DNA of 43,946 nucleotides. Origin: a virus (lineage: Duplodnaviria > Caudoviricetes). Below are positions 16,128 through 23,672 of the stretch, piece by piece. The position numbers were made by a program, and so were the translations under genes. Every line of letters begins with the position of its first letter. Position 1 is the first letter of the stretch. Location: the IMG/VR virus record IMGVR_UViG_3300017912_002579, positions 1-43,946 of that record, one strand, 5' to 3'. The notes under the pieces were generated by a model. It made no database searches. It was not told where the DNA came from and worked only from the letters and a program-made list of their open reading frames with translations.

Positions 16128-17390
16128 GTGCTGCGTCCTTATCAGCTAGATCTCATGCACCGTGCCAGAGTGGCGATGCGGTCGCACGACAAGGTGCTGA
16201 CGGTGCTGCCGACAGGTGGTGGCAAGACTCGCATCTTCTGCGAGATCGCAAAGGCTGCACGGGCTAAGGGTGCCCGTGTGCAGGTGCTTGTGCACCGTCG
16301 TGAGCTTGTAGATCAGACGCCAGATGAGAGCGTGCGCACGATCCAGTCGTGGCAGCCTGATGGCGAGGATCTGGTGATTGTCGATGAGGCCCACCACGCC
16401 TGCGCACGCACCTGGAAAGACAAACTGCAGCAATGCACCAAGGTGCTTGGATTCACAGCCACGCCACAGCGGCTTGATGGTGGCGGCCTTGATGTGGTGT
16501 TCGACGACATGGTGGTTGGCCCCACGTCTGCGCAGCTGATCGATGACGGCTGGCTGTCGCAATACAAGCTGTTCTGCCCGCCTGGTGCTGCAGATCTAAA
16601 AGGTGTGCGCCGCACTGCTGGCGACTACAACCGCAAGCAGCTATCTGAGGCCGTGTCACAGACACGCGTGGTGGCTGCAGCTGTGAAAAATTGGCTGTTA
16701 CTCGCAGGTGGCCGGCAGACAATCGGCTTCTGCGCGAGTGTGGCCCACATGGAAGAAGTCGAGCACAGCTTCAGGGCAGCTGGCATCAAGTGCGCCACGA
16801 TCGATGGCAAGATGCGCAAAGACCGGCGTGATGCAGTGGTGCGTAAATTCCGTGATGGCGAGATCACGGTGCTGCTCAGTGTCGATCTGATATCTGAGGG
16901 CTTCGATGTCCCTGCCTGCGATTGCGTGTTGCTACTGCGTCCCACTCAGTCCCTGGGCCTGCACCTACAGCAGGTCGGCCGTGCGTTGCGTCCTTCAGAT
17001 CAGCATGCCGTCATCCTCGACGCGGCCGGAAATAGCGAACGCCACGGTATGCCAGATGATAGCCGGCAGTGGTCCCTGACAGGCCAGCTAAAGCAACGGG
17101 CTGGATTGGTTGCAAATGTGCCGGTAAGAGTCTGCCCGCAATGTTTCGGAGTACACAAACCGCATTTGCGCGTATGCCCATTCTGTGGATATAGTCACCC
17201 ATTAGATAGCCGGATACCAGAGGAACGCGACATCCTACTACAGGAGAAGGAGCAGAAGCGCCGGCAGATGCGCCGCGATATCGGACGTGCACGCACGGTA
17301 GAGGATCTGGAGCGAATACGGGCAGAACGGGGCTACCACCCAGGGTGGGTAGACCACGTTCTCCGTTCACGTCACAAGCACTTCAAATGA
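16128..17390 (+). CDS. SF2 DEAD/DEAH-box helicase with C-terminal Zn finger
   Basis: LRPYQ, PTGGGKT, VDEAHH, TATP, SEGFDVP, QQVGRALR, CPQC...CPFC. Confidence 0.92.
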   Translation: MLRPYQLDLMHRARVAMRSHDKVLTVLPTGGGKTRIFCEIAKAARAKGARVQVLVHRRELVDQTPDESVRTIQSWQPDGEDLVIVDEAHHACARTWKDKLQQCTKVLGFTATPQRLDGGGLDVVFDDMVVGPTSAQLIDDGWLSQYKLFCPPGAADLKGVRRTAGDYNRKQLSEAVSQTRVVAAAVKNWLLLAGGRQTIGFCASVAHMEEVEHSFRAAGIKCATIDGKMRKDRRDAVVRKFRDGEITVLLSVDLISEGFDVPACDCVLLLRPTQSLGLHLQQVGRALRPSDQHAVILDAAGNSERHGMPDDSRQWSLTGQLKQRAGLVANVPVRVCPQCFGVHKPHLRVCPFCGYSHPLDSRIPEERDILLQEKEQKRRQMRRDIGRARTVEDLERIRAERGYHPGWVDHVLRSRHKHFK

Positions 17391-17620
17391 AATGTCCTCA
17401 TTGCGGCTCCACACACACCGATGTCTCACTGTCCTACCCGAGTGCACATAACACCCGAGTCCGCCGTCGCAGGTGCCTCGACTGCGCAGGTCTTTGGAAC
17501 ACCATTGAGTCCCAGGTCCCTGACGAGTACGTGGAGCGTTCTTACGCTGAAGGGAAGGGCAAAAGCTTAGGCATTGCGCCTGGTTTTGCTCGAAAGGTAG
17601 TACAGTTCTTAATGAATTGA
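17387..17620 (+). CDS. NrdR-like zinc-ribbon protein (no ATP-cone)
   Basis: MKCPHCG...VRRRRCLDC...WNTIE matches the NrdR N-terminal Zn ribbon; ATGA overlap with the helicase. Confidence 0.7.
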   Translation: MKCPHCGSTHTDVSLSYPSAHNTRVRRRRCLDCAGLWNTIESQVPDEYVERSYAEGKGKSLGIAPGFARKVVQFLMN

Positions 17621-17645
17621 CATAGCCTTTCATTCTTGATATAAT
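17617..17645 (+). promoter_or_regulatory. Perfect consensus sigma70 promoter
   Basis: TTGACA(17617-22)-N17-TATAAT(17640-45). Confidence 0.85.
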
Positions 17646-17682
17646 ATGCACATGAAGGGCAATGAGCTCTTTCCCTCCGATC

Positions 17683-17937
17683 ATGCCACAGATCACACCC
17701 TACGGCCTCGTCCAGCAGATGACATTTCTGATGGAGCACACACGCGATGCCGTCGAAGATGTCCAGGTGCTCATCGGCGAGGAGCGCGAGGAGCGCCGCA
17801 GTGACGCAATCGCCTTCGCAGCACAGCTTGACGTCTACCTGGCCTTCTGTGAGAAGTCTGGCCAGCCTGAGCACGTGGTGCGTCATGGTGCCGCGCAATC
17901 TGAGATGGCTCACGGCTATCTGGAGCTGATCAAATGA
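17683..17937 (+). CDS. Hypothetical early protein
   Basis: ORF behind the consensus promoter. ATCATG start matches the shared leader motif. Confidence 0.6.
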   Translation: MPQITPYGLVQQMTFLMEHTRDAVEDVQVLIGEEREERRSDAIAFAAQLDVYLAFCEKSGQPEHVVRHGAAQSEMAHGYLELIK

Positions 17938-18086
17938 GAAGCTCTGCTGCTGACACCTGGGCTGTCATCTTCGGCTATTTCTTTGTGGCTGCCGCTGGCT
18001 GGCTGGTCCTGACATCGACTCTTGACGACATGACACGCCGCGACTGCCAGTACGGCGTCCAGGCTGCCTGCGAGGCGCTCAAGTGA
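17934..18086 (+). CDS. Small membrane protein (50 aa)
   Basis: Read by hand: MRSSAADTWAVIFGYFFVAAAGWLVLTSTLDDMTRRDCQYGVQAACEALK; coupled on both sides. Confidence 0.65.
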   Translation: MRSSAADTWAVIFGYFFVAAAGWLVLTSTLDDMTRRDCQYGVQAACEALK

Positions 18087-18259
18087 AGCTCAAATTTGAT
18101 GTGTCGCACGTCCGCACTGGCGAGGCGTGCAAGGTCTACATGAGCGTGTCTGGGTGGACCAAGGCCACCGTGATACAGAAGCATAATGCAAGTATCACAG
18201 TTAAATTGGTGAGTGGCCGTTACGTCACGGTCTTTGATTCACGCAACGTCAAGAAGTAA
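18083..18259 (+). CDS. Small beta-rich hypothetical protein (58 aa)
   Basis: Read by hand. GTG start overlaps the upstream stop; TAATG coupling to the next gene. Confidence 0.55.
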   Translation: MKLKFDVSHVRTGEACKVYMSVSGWTKATVIQKHNASITVKLVSGRYVTVFDSRNVKK

Positions 18260-18609
18260 TGGTCCAGCCTGAGACACGCCTTCAGAACCAGATCCGCCTG
18301 GCAGTCAGTGCGAATTGTGAAGGCGTGACGCTCTACCGCAACCACACTGGTGCGCTGCGAGACAATCGCGGCAAGTTTGTTCAATTTGGCCTGTCACCCG
18401 GCAGCCCTGACCTGGTGGGCTATAAGAAGGTGCAGATCACCGAAGATATGGTCGGTCAAGACCTGGCGGTATTCGTGGGCATGGAAATCAAAGTGCCTGG
18501 CGAGAAGGCACGGGATGATCAGCAGCACTGGTTAGACCGCCTCGAAGAGCATGGCGGCATTGCTGGCGTGGTGCACTCCGAAGACGAGGCAATTACCTGC
18601 CTTTCCTAG
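18259..18609 (+). CDS. VRR-NUC domain nuclease
   Basis: ETRLQNQIR...GSPDLVG...MEIKVPG...QQHWL...GGIAGVVHS. Confidence 0.85.
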   Translation: MVQPETRLQNQIRLAVSANCEGVTLYRNHTGALRDNRGKFVQFGLSPGSPDLVGYKKVQITEDMVGQDLAVFVGMEIKVPGEKARDDQQHWLDRLEEHGGIAGVVHSEDEAITCLS

Positions 18610-18653
18610 GTATTGCGGCTACGTTGGGTATGTGATAGCGTGCCTATGGAAAT

Positions 18654-18684
18654 GCCCCCTGTGCCGGCAGAAAGCACAAGGGGC
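18654..18684. promoter_or_regulatory. GC-rich hairpin in the primase leader
   Basis: GCCCCCTGTGC...GCACAAGGGGC inverted repeat with one mismatch. Confidence 0.5.
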
Positions 18685-18718
18685 AGGGCCACAATCCCAA
18701 GCAACCACATTGTAACAG

Positions 18719-20635
18719 ATGTATTCATCTGCAAAAACTCCTTGTCCGATATGCGGTCGCACGTCTAGCGGCTGCAAGACGGACGGAGACTTGCTGTATT
18801 GCCGCATTGGCACCAAGACCAGCCCATTCCAAAAGCACCCGCAGCTCAAGACCGGTGATGTGATCGGCGAGTGGGCATGTGTCAAGATCAACCCGACCGC
18901 CGAGTGTGTGACCTTCAAGCCGCATAAGGAACGCACGGCTGTGAAATACCGGTCCTGGAAGTATTTTGCACCGAATGGCCGTTCATACCAGCACAACCGC
19001 ACCGATTACAACGTCGGCCCTAAGGATGTCACATGGTCTAAGGGCACCAAGGTCGATGCGCTATTGCCGTTGTGGTACGAGAGCCTGCCAGATTCTGGCG
19101 CTACGGTCTATGTGGTCGAGGGCGAGACCTGTGCTGAGGCATTGCGTGCCCTGGGCCTGTGGGTGACCAGTGTGCCGAACGGTAGCGGCAGCTGGAAGGG
19201 CAGCATGCCTGACATGCCGAAGCTGCAGGACAACGACCTGGTGCTGTGCCCTGACCGCGACCGGCCAGGTGTCGAGCTTATGCAGCGGCTCGGTGACACC
19301 TTCCCTGGATCGTCATGGCTCTGGGTGGAAGGCACGAACGCGGATGCATGGGACGACCCGTCTGACGGCTATGACGTAGCCGACTGGGTGATAGATGGCG
19401 CTGACCGAGAACGCATAGAACTTGCTATCCGACGGGAAGCGCCACAACTTCCGGTCGCGCCGTGGTATGAGCGGATTGGTGACTACAAGACGGAAAAGGG
19501 TGGCTACAGCCGCCTGAAATTGCTTGACCTGTCGAAGGTCCTGTCTTCGATGCTCCATAGCGCGTTGCGTTGGAACGATTTAAAGCAGGCTATCGAAATC
19601 GATGGTGCGCCGATGTCGGAGATTGATGCCAAGCTCAGCTACGGCAGCTTCCAAGCTGCGCATATCGATGTCTCCAAAGATGTCGCGCAAGATGCCCTGC
19701 TGCTCAGTGCCCGTGAGCGGCCCTATCACCCGATCCGTGACTACCTGGAGGCATGCAATGACCCACTAGATGACGTGACGTGGCAGAACATCGCAGGTGA
19801 GCTCCTGGGCACGCATGCCGTCGACTTCGACAATTCGGCATTGCGCAAGTGGTTGGTCTTTTGCGTAGCACGCATTTATGAACCGGGCTGCCCGTGCGGT
19901 TTTGTGCACATCCTGGCCGGTGACCAGCACCTTCACAAGACGCGCTTTTACAACACCCTCGCATCAGAGGCCTGGTTCTACGAGGGCTTCATCAAGACCA
20001 ACAAGGATGCAGACGATATCACCGGCTTGCATATGCGGTGGATCTGCGAGTGGGGCGAATTAGATGGTGGCATCAAGAACCGCGATAGTGCAGGCCTCAA
20101 GAATTTCATCACCCGCAAGACCGACCTAGTACGTGAGGCATATGGCAAGGGCCACAAGGAACGGCCGCGTTCTTTCGTCTTATGCGGTACCACCAACAAA
20201 AAGGACGGCTTTTTTAGTGATGAGACCGGCAACCGCCGATTTGTGATCTTCAATGTCGAGGAGCGCATCAACAGCGAGAAGATCGAGCAGTTGCGTGATC
20301 GGATCTGGGCTAGCGCAAAACGCGAGTATTTCAAGGGCACGCAGTGGTTTCTAGATGAGGCCGAGACCCAGATCAACAATGACCGCAACCGTGGCCTGTA
20401 TGCAGAGGACCCATGGCTGGAGAAGATCTCCTCGCACCTGGTCTACCGGTCTACCGAGTACGTCATCAGCAGCGACTTGTTGACTCACGTGCTGGAGGTG
20501 CCGATCGAACGTCAGACACAGCGGGAGCTGGTGCGGATCAACCGCATCTTGACTGCGTGCGGATATTACAAGAGCCGCAAGAAGCTCAATGGCTCGTTCA
20601 AGCACATCTGGCGGCGTTGCGGCACTGACGAGTGA
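18719..20635 (+). CDS. Zn-finger/TOPRIM primase fused to VirE(VapE)-like helicase
   Basis: CPICG...C...C; TOPRIM YVVEGETCA and LCPDRDRPG; VirE motifs YHPIRDYL, ICEWGEL, LKNFIT, GTTN, DETGNRRF. Confidence 0.85.
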   Translation: MYSSAKTPCPICGRTSSGCKTDGDLLYCRIGTKTSPFQKHPQLKTGDVIGEWACVKINPTAECVTFKPHKERTAVKYRSWKYFAPNGRSYQHNRTDYNVGPKDVTWSKGTKVDALLPLWYESLPDSGATVYVVEGETCAEALRALGLWVTSVPNGSGSWKGSMPDMPKLQDNDLVLCPDRDRPGVELMQRLGDTFPGSSWLWVEGTNADAWDDPSDGYDVADWVIDGADRERIELAIRREAPQLPVAPWYERIGDYKTEKGGYSRLKLLDLSKVLSSMLHSALRWNDLKQAIEIDGAPMSEIDAKLSYGSFQAAHIDVSKDVAQDALLLSARERPYHPIRDYLEACNDPLDDVTWQNIAGELLGTHAVDFDNSALRKWLVFCVARIYEPGCPCGFVHILAGDQHLHKTRFYNTLASEAWFYEGFIKTNKDADDITGLHMRWICEWGELDGGIKNRDSAGLKNFITRKTDLVREAYGKGHKERPRSFVLCGTTNKKDGFFSDETGNRRFVIFNVEERINSEKIEQLRDRIWASAKREYFKGTQWFLDEAETQINNDRNRGLYAEDPWLEKISSHLVYRSTEYVISSDLLTHVLEVPIERQTQRELVRINRILTACGYYKSRKKLNGSFKHIWRRCGTDE

Positions 20636-20882
20636 TACCTACCTGTTACCCGCCCTTACCGTCTGTTACCTACTCATGTCTTTTGTAGCTGTTCGATCTC
20701 TTAACTGCGTTATCAGGTGTGAGCAGGTATTACAGGTAAGGGTAGGTAATACAAGGCGTCAATCGGGACGCGGCCGGTGTCCGGTTTACCTACTTTACCC
20801 CCTATATAGGGGGGGGTTAGAAAAAAAGTTGGTTGTCGGGAAGGGAAAAAAGGAGTGGGTAGGTAAGTAGGTAAGTGGGTAT
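20636..20882. repeat. TTACC/GGTAA iteron-like array with central palindrome (candidate origin or packaging site)
   Basis: TTACC at 20646, 20656, 20666, 20786, 20795; GGTAA at 20735, 20745, 20862, 20870; palindrome CCCCCTATATAGGGGG at 20798-20813. Confidence 0.6.
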
Positions 20883-20901
20883 GTTGCGCTAGATTTGAGA
20901 C

Positions 20902-21225
20902 ATGGCCCCAAGGACTCCAGAAAGCATCCGCAAAGACCAACTTCGGGTGGTCAAACAGTGGCTCGACTTGTCCTGGCCACGGCACCGCATATATGAGTCT
21001 GCTGCACAGGCCTGGGACTTCGACAATGACCAGACAGACGCGCTGATTTCAGACGCGAGGTCTGAGTACAAGAGCTCAATGAGCGTGGAGCGGTCGGAAT
21101 TCCTGGCACAGCAGATGACCAGGCTTGAGGCACTTGCTGCCAAGGCCCAGGAAGACGGGCAACTAGGTGTGGCGCTAGGATGCTATCGGGAGCTGCACAT
21201 GCTCGCGAGTCTTACTGGGAAGTAA
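20902..21225 (+). CDS. Putative terminase small subunit / HTH protein
   Basis: HTH-like N-terminus (RHRIYESAAQAWDF) plus helical C-terminus. Size and strand fit TerS. Confidence 0.45.
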   Translation: MAPRTPESIRKDQLRVVKQWLDLSWPRHRIYESAAQAWDFDNDQTDALISDARSEYKSSMSVERSEFLAQQMTRLEALAAKAQEDGQLGVALGCYRELHMLASLTGK

Positions 21226-21227
21226 CG

Positions 21228-21899
21228 ATGGCACGCCGGTACAACAGGGACAAAATCGGCCGCTTCGCCAGTAAAGGTGGAGGTGGTGGCCGGGCTACTG
21301 GTGGTGCCGCTGGCGCTGCTTCACAAAAGGTCAGTGAGACTGCACGCACTGCTCGTGAACGTGGCCGTACTGCACGTAATATCGGCAAATTCGCCAAAGC
21401 TGAGACGTCGGCATCTGGTCGTGCTGAGCTGTTCAGTGCTGCTCGTGGCAGCCAGCGTCAATCGAACTTGGCGCGGATGGAGAATAAGAGCGCACAAAGG
21501 ACTCGCCAGAGTGCATCACGCCGTGCTGCTAGCGCCGCCACCGGTCGCGCCAGCACTGCTACGGCTCCTCGTGCAAGCACCAGTGCTCGCAGCGGCAGTC
21601 CGACTATGCGCACCGCTTCTAGATCGACTCTTAGCAAAGAGCAACGAGCCATGCAAATTGGCAACCGCGTAGCCCGCACTGCTAAACGCGCAGACGATGC
21701 CGCAATGGGCCGGCTGTCCAAAGCTGCCGACAAATACTTCAAGAATCCGACTGATGCCAATAAGGCAGCCTGGATTAAAGCGGGCAAAGAAAGAGACGCC
21801 ACTTTTAAAGCCTATGCGAAACAACAAGGTGGCGCTCGAAAAGCTGCTGAGCGCAAATTTGGATTAGTGCGCCGGAATGGTGCGCTTGTCTCTAGGTAA
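21228..21899 (+). CDS. Highly basic Arg/Ala-rich protein (possible DNA-condensing/internal virion protein)
   Basis: MARRYNRDKIGRFASKGGGG start; very rich in R/K/A/S. Confidence 0.65.
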   Translation: MARRYNRDKIGRFASKGGGGGRATGGAAGAASQKVSETARTARERGRTARNIGKFAKAETSASGRAELFSAARGSQRQSNLARMENKSAQRTRQSASRRAASAATGRASTATAPRASTSARSGSPTMRTASRSTLSKEQRAMQIGNRVARTAKRADDAAMGRLSKAADKYFKNPTDANKAAWIKAGKERDATFKAYAKQQGGARKAAERKFGLVRRNGALVSR

Positions 21900-22061
21900 A
21901 TGGAAGAAGGCGTGTGGGTGGAATATGAGGATCTCAAAGCTTGGGTGAGTAGTCACCACCTAGTGCACGAAAAATATCTGATGCTGCAACGTCTTTATGA
22001 GCGTCGGCAGGATCACTTGAACCAGGCGTCAGCAATATCGGTGGAAACGTCGAAGCCATAG
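21900..22061 (+). CDS. Small hypothetical protein (53 aa)
   Basis: Read by hand: MEEGVWVEYEDLKAWVSSHHLVHEK...; ATG directly after the upstream stop. Confidence 0.4.
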   Translation: MEEGVWVEYEDLKAWVSSHHLVHEKYLMLQRLYERRQDHLNQASAISVETSKP

Positions 22062-22210
22062 TTCTCGTTGGCGACATCAATAAGAATATCGAACAGGATG
22101 TGGTCTGCGTCGATCTTGTCGAGTTCGCGGCCCAGCGTGATCATTTCGTCAGCACTCAAAGTCTTGGCCTTGGTAGCGAATTCTTCGAGGATGGCTTTTT
22201 TGCTGATCAT
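22013..22210 (-). CDS. Small acidic hypothetical protein
   Basis: ORF downstream of promoter 22304-22333. Confidence 0.6.
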   Translation of the reverse strand: MISKKAILEEFATKAKTLSADEMITLGRELDKIDADHILFDILIDVANENYGFDVSTDIADAWFK

Positions 22211-22303
22211 TTGCTTGGTGGTGGAATTGGGTGGGAGGGGCGGTGAAGGATTCTAGGTCGCTCTTTGCTCACCTGAGGGTCCGTTTTGCCCTCCCATATA
22301 CGT

Positions 22304-22333
22304 AGTATATCACACCCGATCAGGGTGTGTCAA
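22304..22333 (-). promoter_or_regulatory. Sigma70-type promoter with palindromic spacer
   Basis: TTGACA-N18-TATACT. Inverted repeat CACACCC-N5-GGGTGTG at 22311-22329. Confidence 0.75.
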
Positions 22334-22338
22334 TACTT

Positions 22339-22554
22339 TCAGTCCAAATTGTCGAAGTGGTTGGCCTCTTCGGTCGGCTCATTGCGCAGCTCTTCAATGC
22401 TGCGCATGCAGGCTTCAAAAGTGCGCATGTTCTGCAGGTAGACCTGCTGCCAGCCAAGCTCTTTGTTGATCTTGGCCTGCTTTGCCCGGTAGGCGAAGGT
22501 CATGGCCAGGTCGGTGTTCTGGCGGATGATTTGCGCTTTTTCGAAGCCAGTCAT
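22339..22554 (-). CDS. Small hypothetical early protein
   Basis: ATCATG start after promoter 22594-22623 and the shared leader. Confidence 0.6.
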   Translation of the reverse strand: MTGFEKAQIIRQNTDLAMTFAYRAKQAKINKELGWQQVYLQNMRTFEACMRSIEELRNEPTEEANHFDNLD

Positions 22555-22593
22555 GATCAGAGAAAAAAGGGGCTCATTGCCTCCCATATACGT

Positions 22594-22623
22594 AGTATAT
22601 CATGCCAAAAGGGAAAATGTCAA
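22594..22623 (-). promoter_or_regulatory. Sigma70-type promoter
   Basis: TTGACA-N18-TATACT with TGn extension. Confidence 0.75.
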
Positions 22624-22763
22624 TCCCTTTCAGCATGAATCACTCGATAAAAGGCCAATTCAAGGGCCGTGAGGCCTTTGGTGGATTTGGCCGCAGCTGC
22701 CTTCTTTTTGGCTGCGGCTATGGCATCCTGGGGGCGATGCCCCCAGCCAGTCTGACCTGTCAT
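22620..22763 (-). CDS. Small Ala/Lys-rich protein (47 aa)
   Basis: MTGQTGWGHRPQDAIAAAKKKAAAAK...; TGATG coupling with the upstream gene. Confidence 0.55.
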   Translation of the reverse strand: MTGQTGWGHRPQDAIAAAKKKAAAAKSTKGLTALELAFYRVIHAERD

Positions 22764-23278
22764 CAGGCGTGCATGGCGCGATAGGTGGCCAGGCCTTGCT
22801 CGGTCAGGCTGATCCAACGACCGGTCCGCTCGACGACTCGGTTGTGCTCGATCATGCCTGCCTTCTTGAGATTGGACAGGCGGGGTGCGTTTTTCAGGCT
22901 GATCTTAGGGATATCCTGTCCAAGACGGGCCATGTAGTGGCCGTTCTCAGAATCGCAGTCATTAGTGGCAGCGTAGATCTGTGATGCCAGCTCGAAGAAG
23001 AAATCCTTGGTGGCCTGATTCAGCTTGTCCCAGGTGATGCCGCTGCTCTTGGTCTTCTTGGTGACCTGGGGCAGGATTTTGCTCTGGGCTTCAATCTCTA
23101 GCGTTTGAGCCAGGGTGACAACTGCAATATCTTTGCTGATGCGCTTATTGCCGGCAAAGATGTAGCCGTTGGGACGGAATTCGATGCCGCGATTGCGCGC
23201 AGCGCTGCCGTCTCTTTTCGAGACTGTCAGCTGGCGCTCGACGATGTGAAGAGCTTGCTCGGTGAAGGTGCGGGCCAT
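22763..23278 (-). CDS. Protein with C-terminal winged-helix (MarR-like) DNA-binding domain
   Basis: PRLSNLKKAGMIEH...WISLTEQG wHTH pattern. Confidence 0.6.
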   Translation of the reverse strand: MARTFTEQALHIVERQLTVSKRDGSAARNRGIEFRPNGYIFAGNKRISKDIAVVTLAQTLEIEAQSKILPQVTKKTKSSGITWDKLNQATKDFFFELASQIYAATNDCDSENGHYMARLGQDIPKISLKNAPRLSNLKKAGMIEHNRVVERTGRWISLTEQGLATYRAMHA

Positions 23279-23315
23279 GATGTGAAAGGGAGGGCTCTTT
23301 GCCCTCTATATACAA

Positions 23316-23345
23316 AGTATAGCATACACTTTCACAAAATGTCAA
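23316..23345 (-). promoter_or_regulatory. Sigma70-type promoter
   Basis: TTGACA-N18-TATACT with TGn extension. Confidence 0.75.
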
Positions 23346-23348
23346 TAG

Positions 23349-23672
23349 TTGCCACTCATTACAGCCTGTGCTTTAATACGTTTACGGATGCAAAAAGCAT
23401 CCACCGCACCTGGACAAATGAAGAACACGCGCAGCGACGTCGAGTGCTACGCACTGGCAAAAGAGCTGTTGAGCTTGCCTAGCGGCCGTCAAGGCTGGAC
23501 CAAGGTGGCATTGCAGCTCTCGGAGCTTTCAGCCTGGGAAGTCCAGCAAGTTATGGACCGATTCAATGCTGAAGCTAGTCACGCCAAGTATCTTGCCACC
23601 ATCGCCCAATACTACCTGTGGGTAAAAGGCGGCGACCCGGTAGAGATGCAGGGCACCACTCACGTCGCCTAA
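23349..23672 (+). CDS. Hypothetical protein (start uncertain, possibly 23418)
   Basis: ORF filling the gap between divergent and convergent neighbours. Confidence 0.45.
   Translation: MPLITACALIRLRMQKASTAPGQMKNTRSDVECYALAKELLSLPSGRQGWTKVALQLSELSAWEVQQVMDRFNAEASHAKYLATIAQYYLWVKGGDPVEMQGTTHVA

Larger units (their letters stand above)
22290..22602. repeat. 23-bp exact direct repeat CCTCCCATATACGTAGTATATCA (22290-22312, 22580-22602)
   Basis: Direct reading. Covers the -10 box and start region of two minus-strand promoters. Confidence 0.9.

Noticed and set aside
20589-20870. 93-aa ORF after the primase
   Set aside because: Runs through the iteron/palindrome array and has no protein-like features; more plausibly non-coding.
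20636-22602. CRISPR or mini-array from the short repeats
   Set aside because: The repeats are 5-8 bp iterons or just two 23-bp promoter copies 290 bp apart. No regular repeat-spacer structure and no cas genes.
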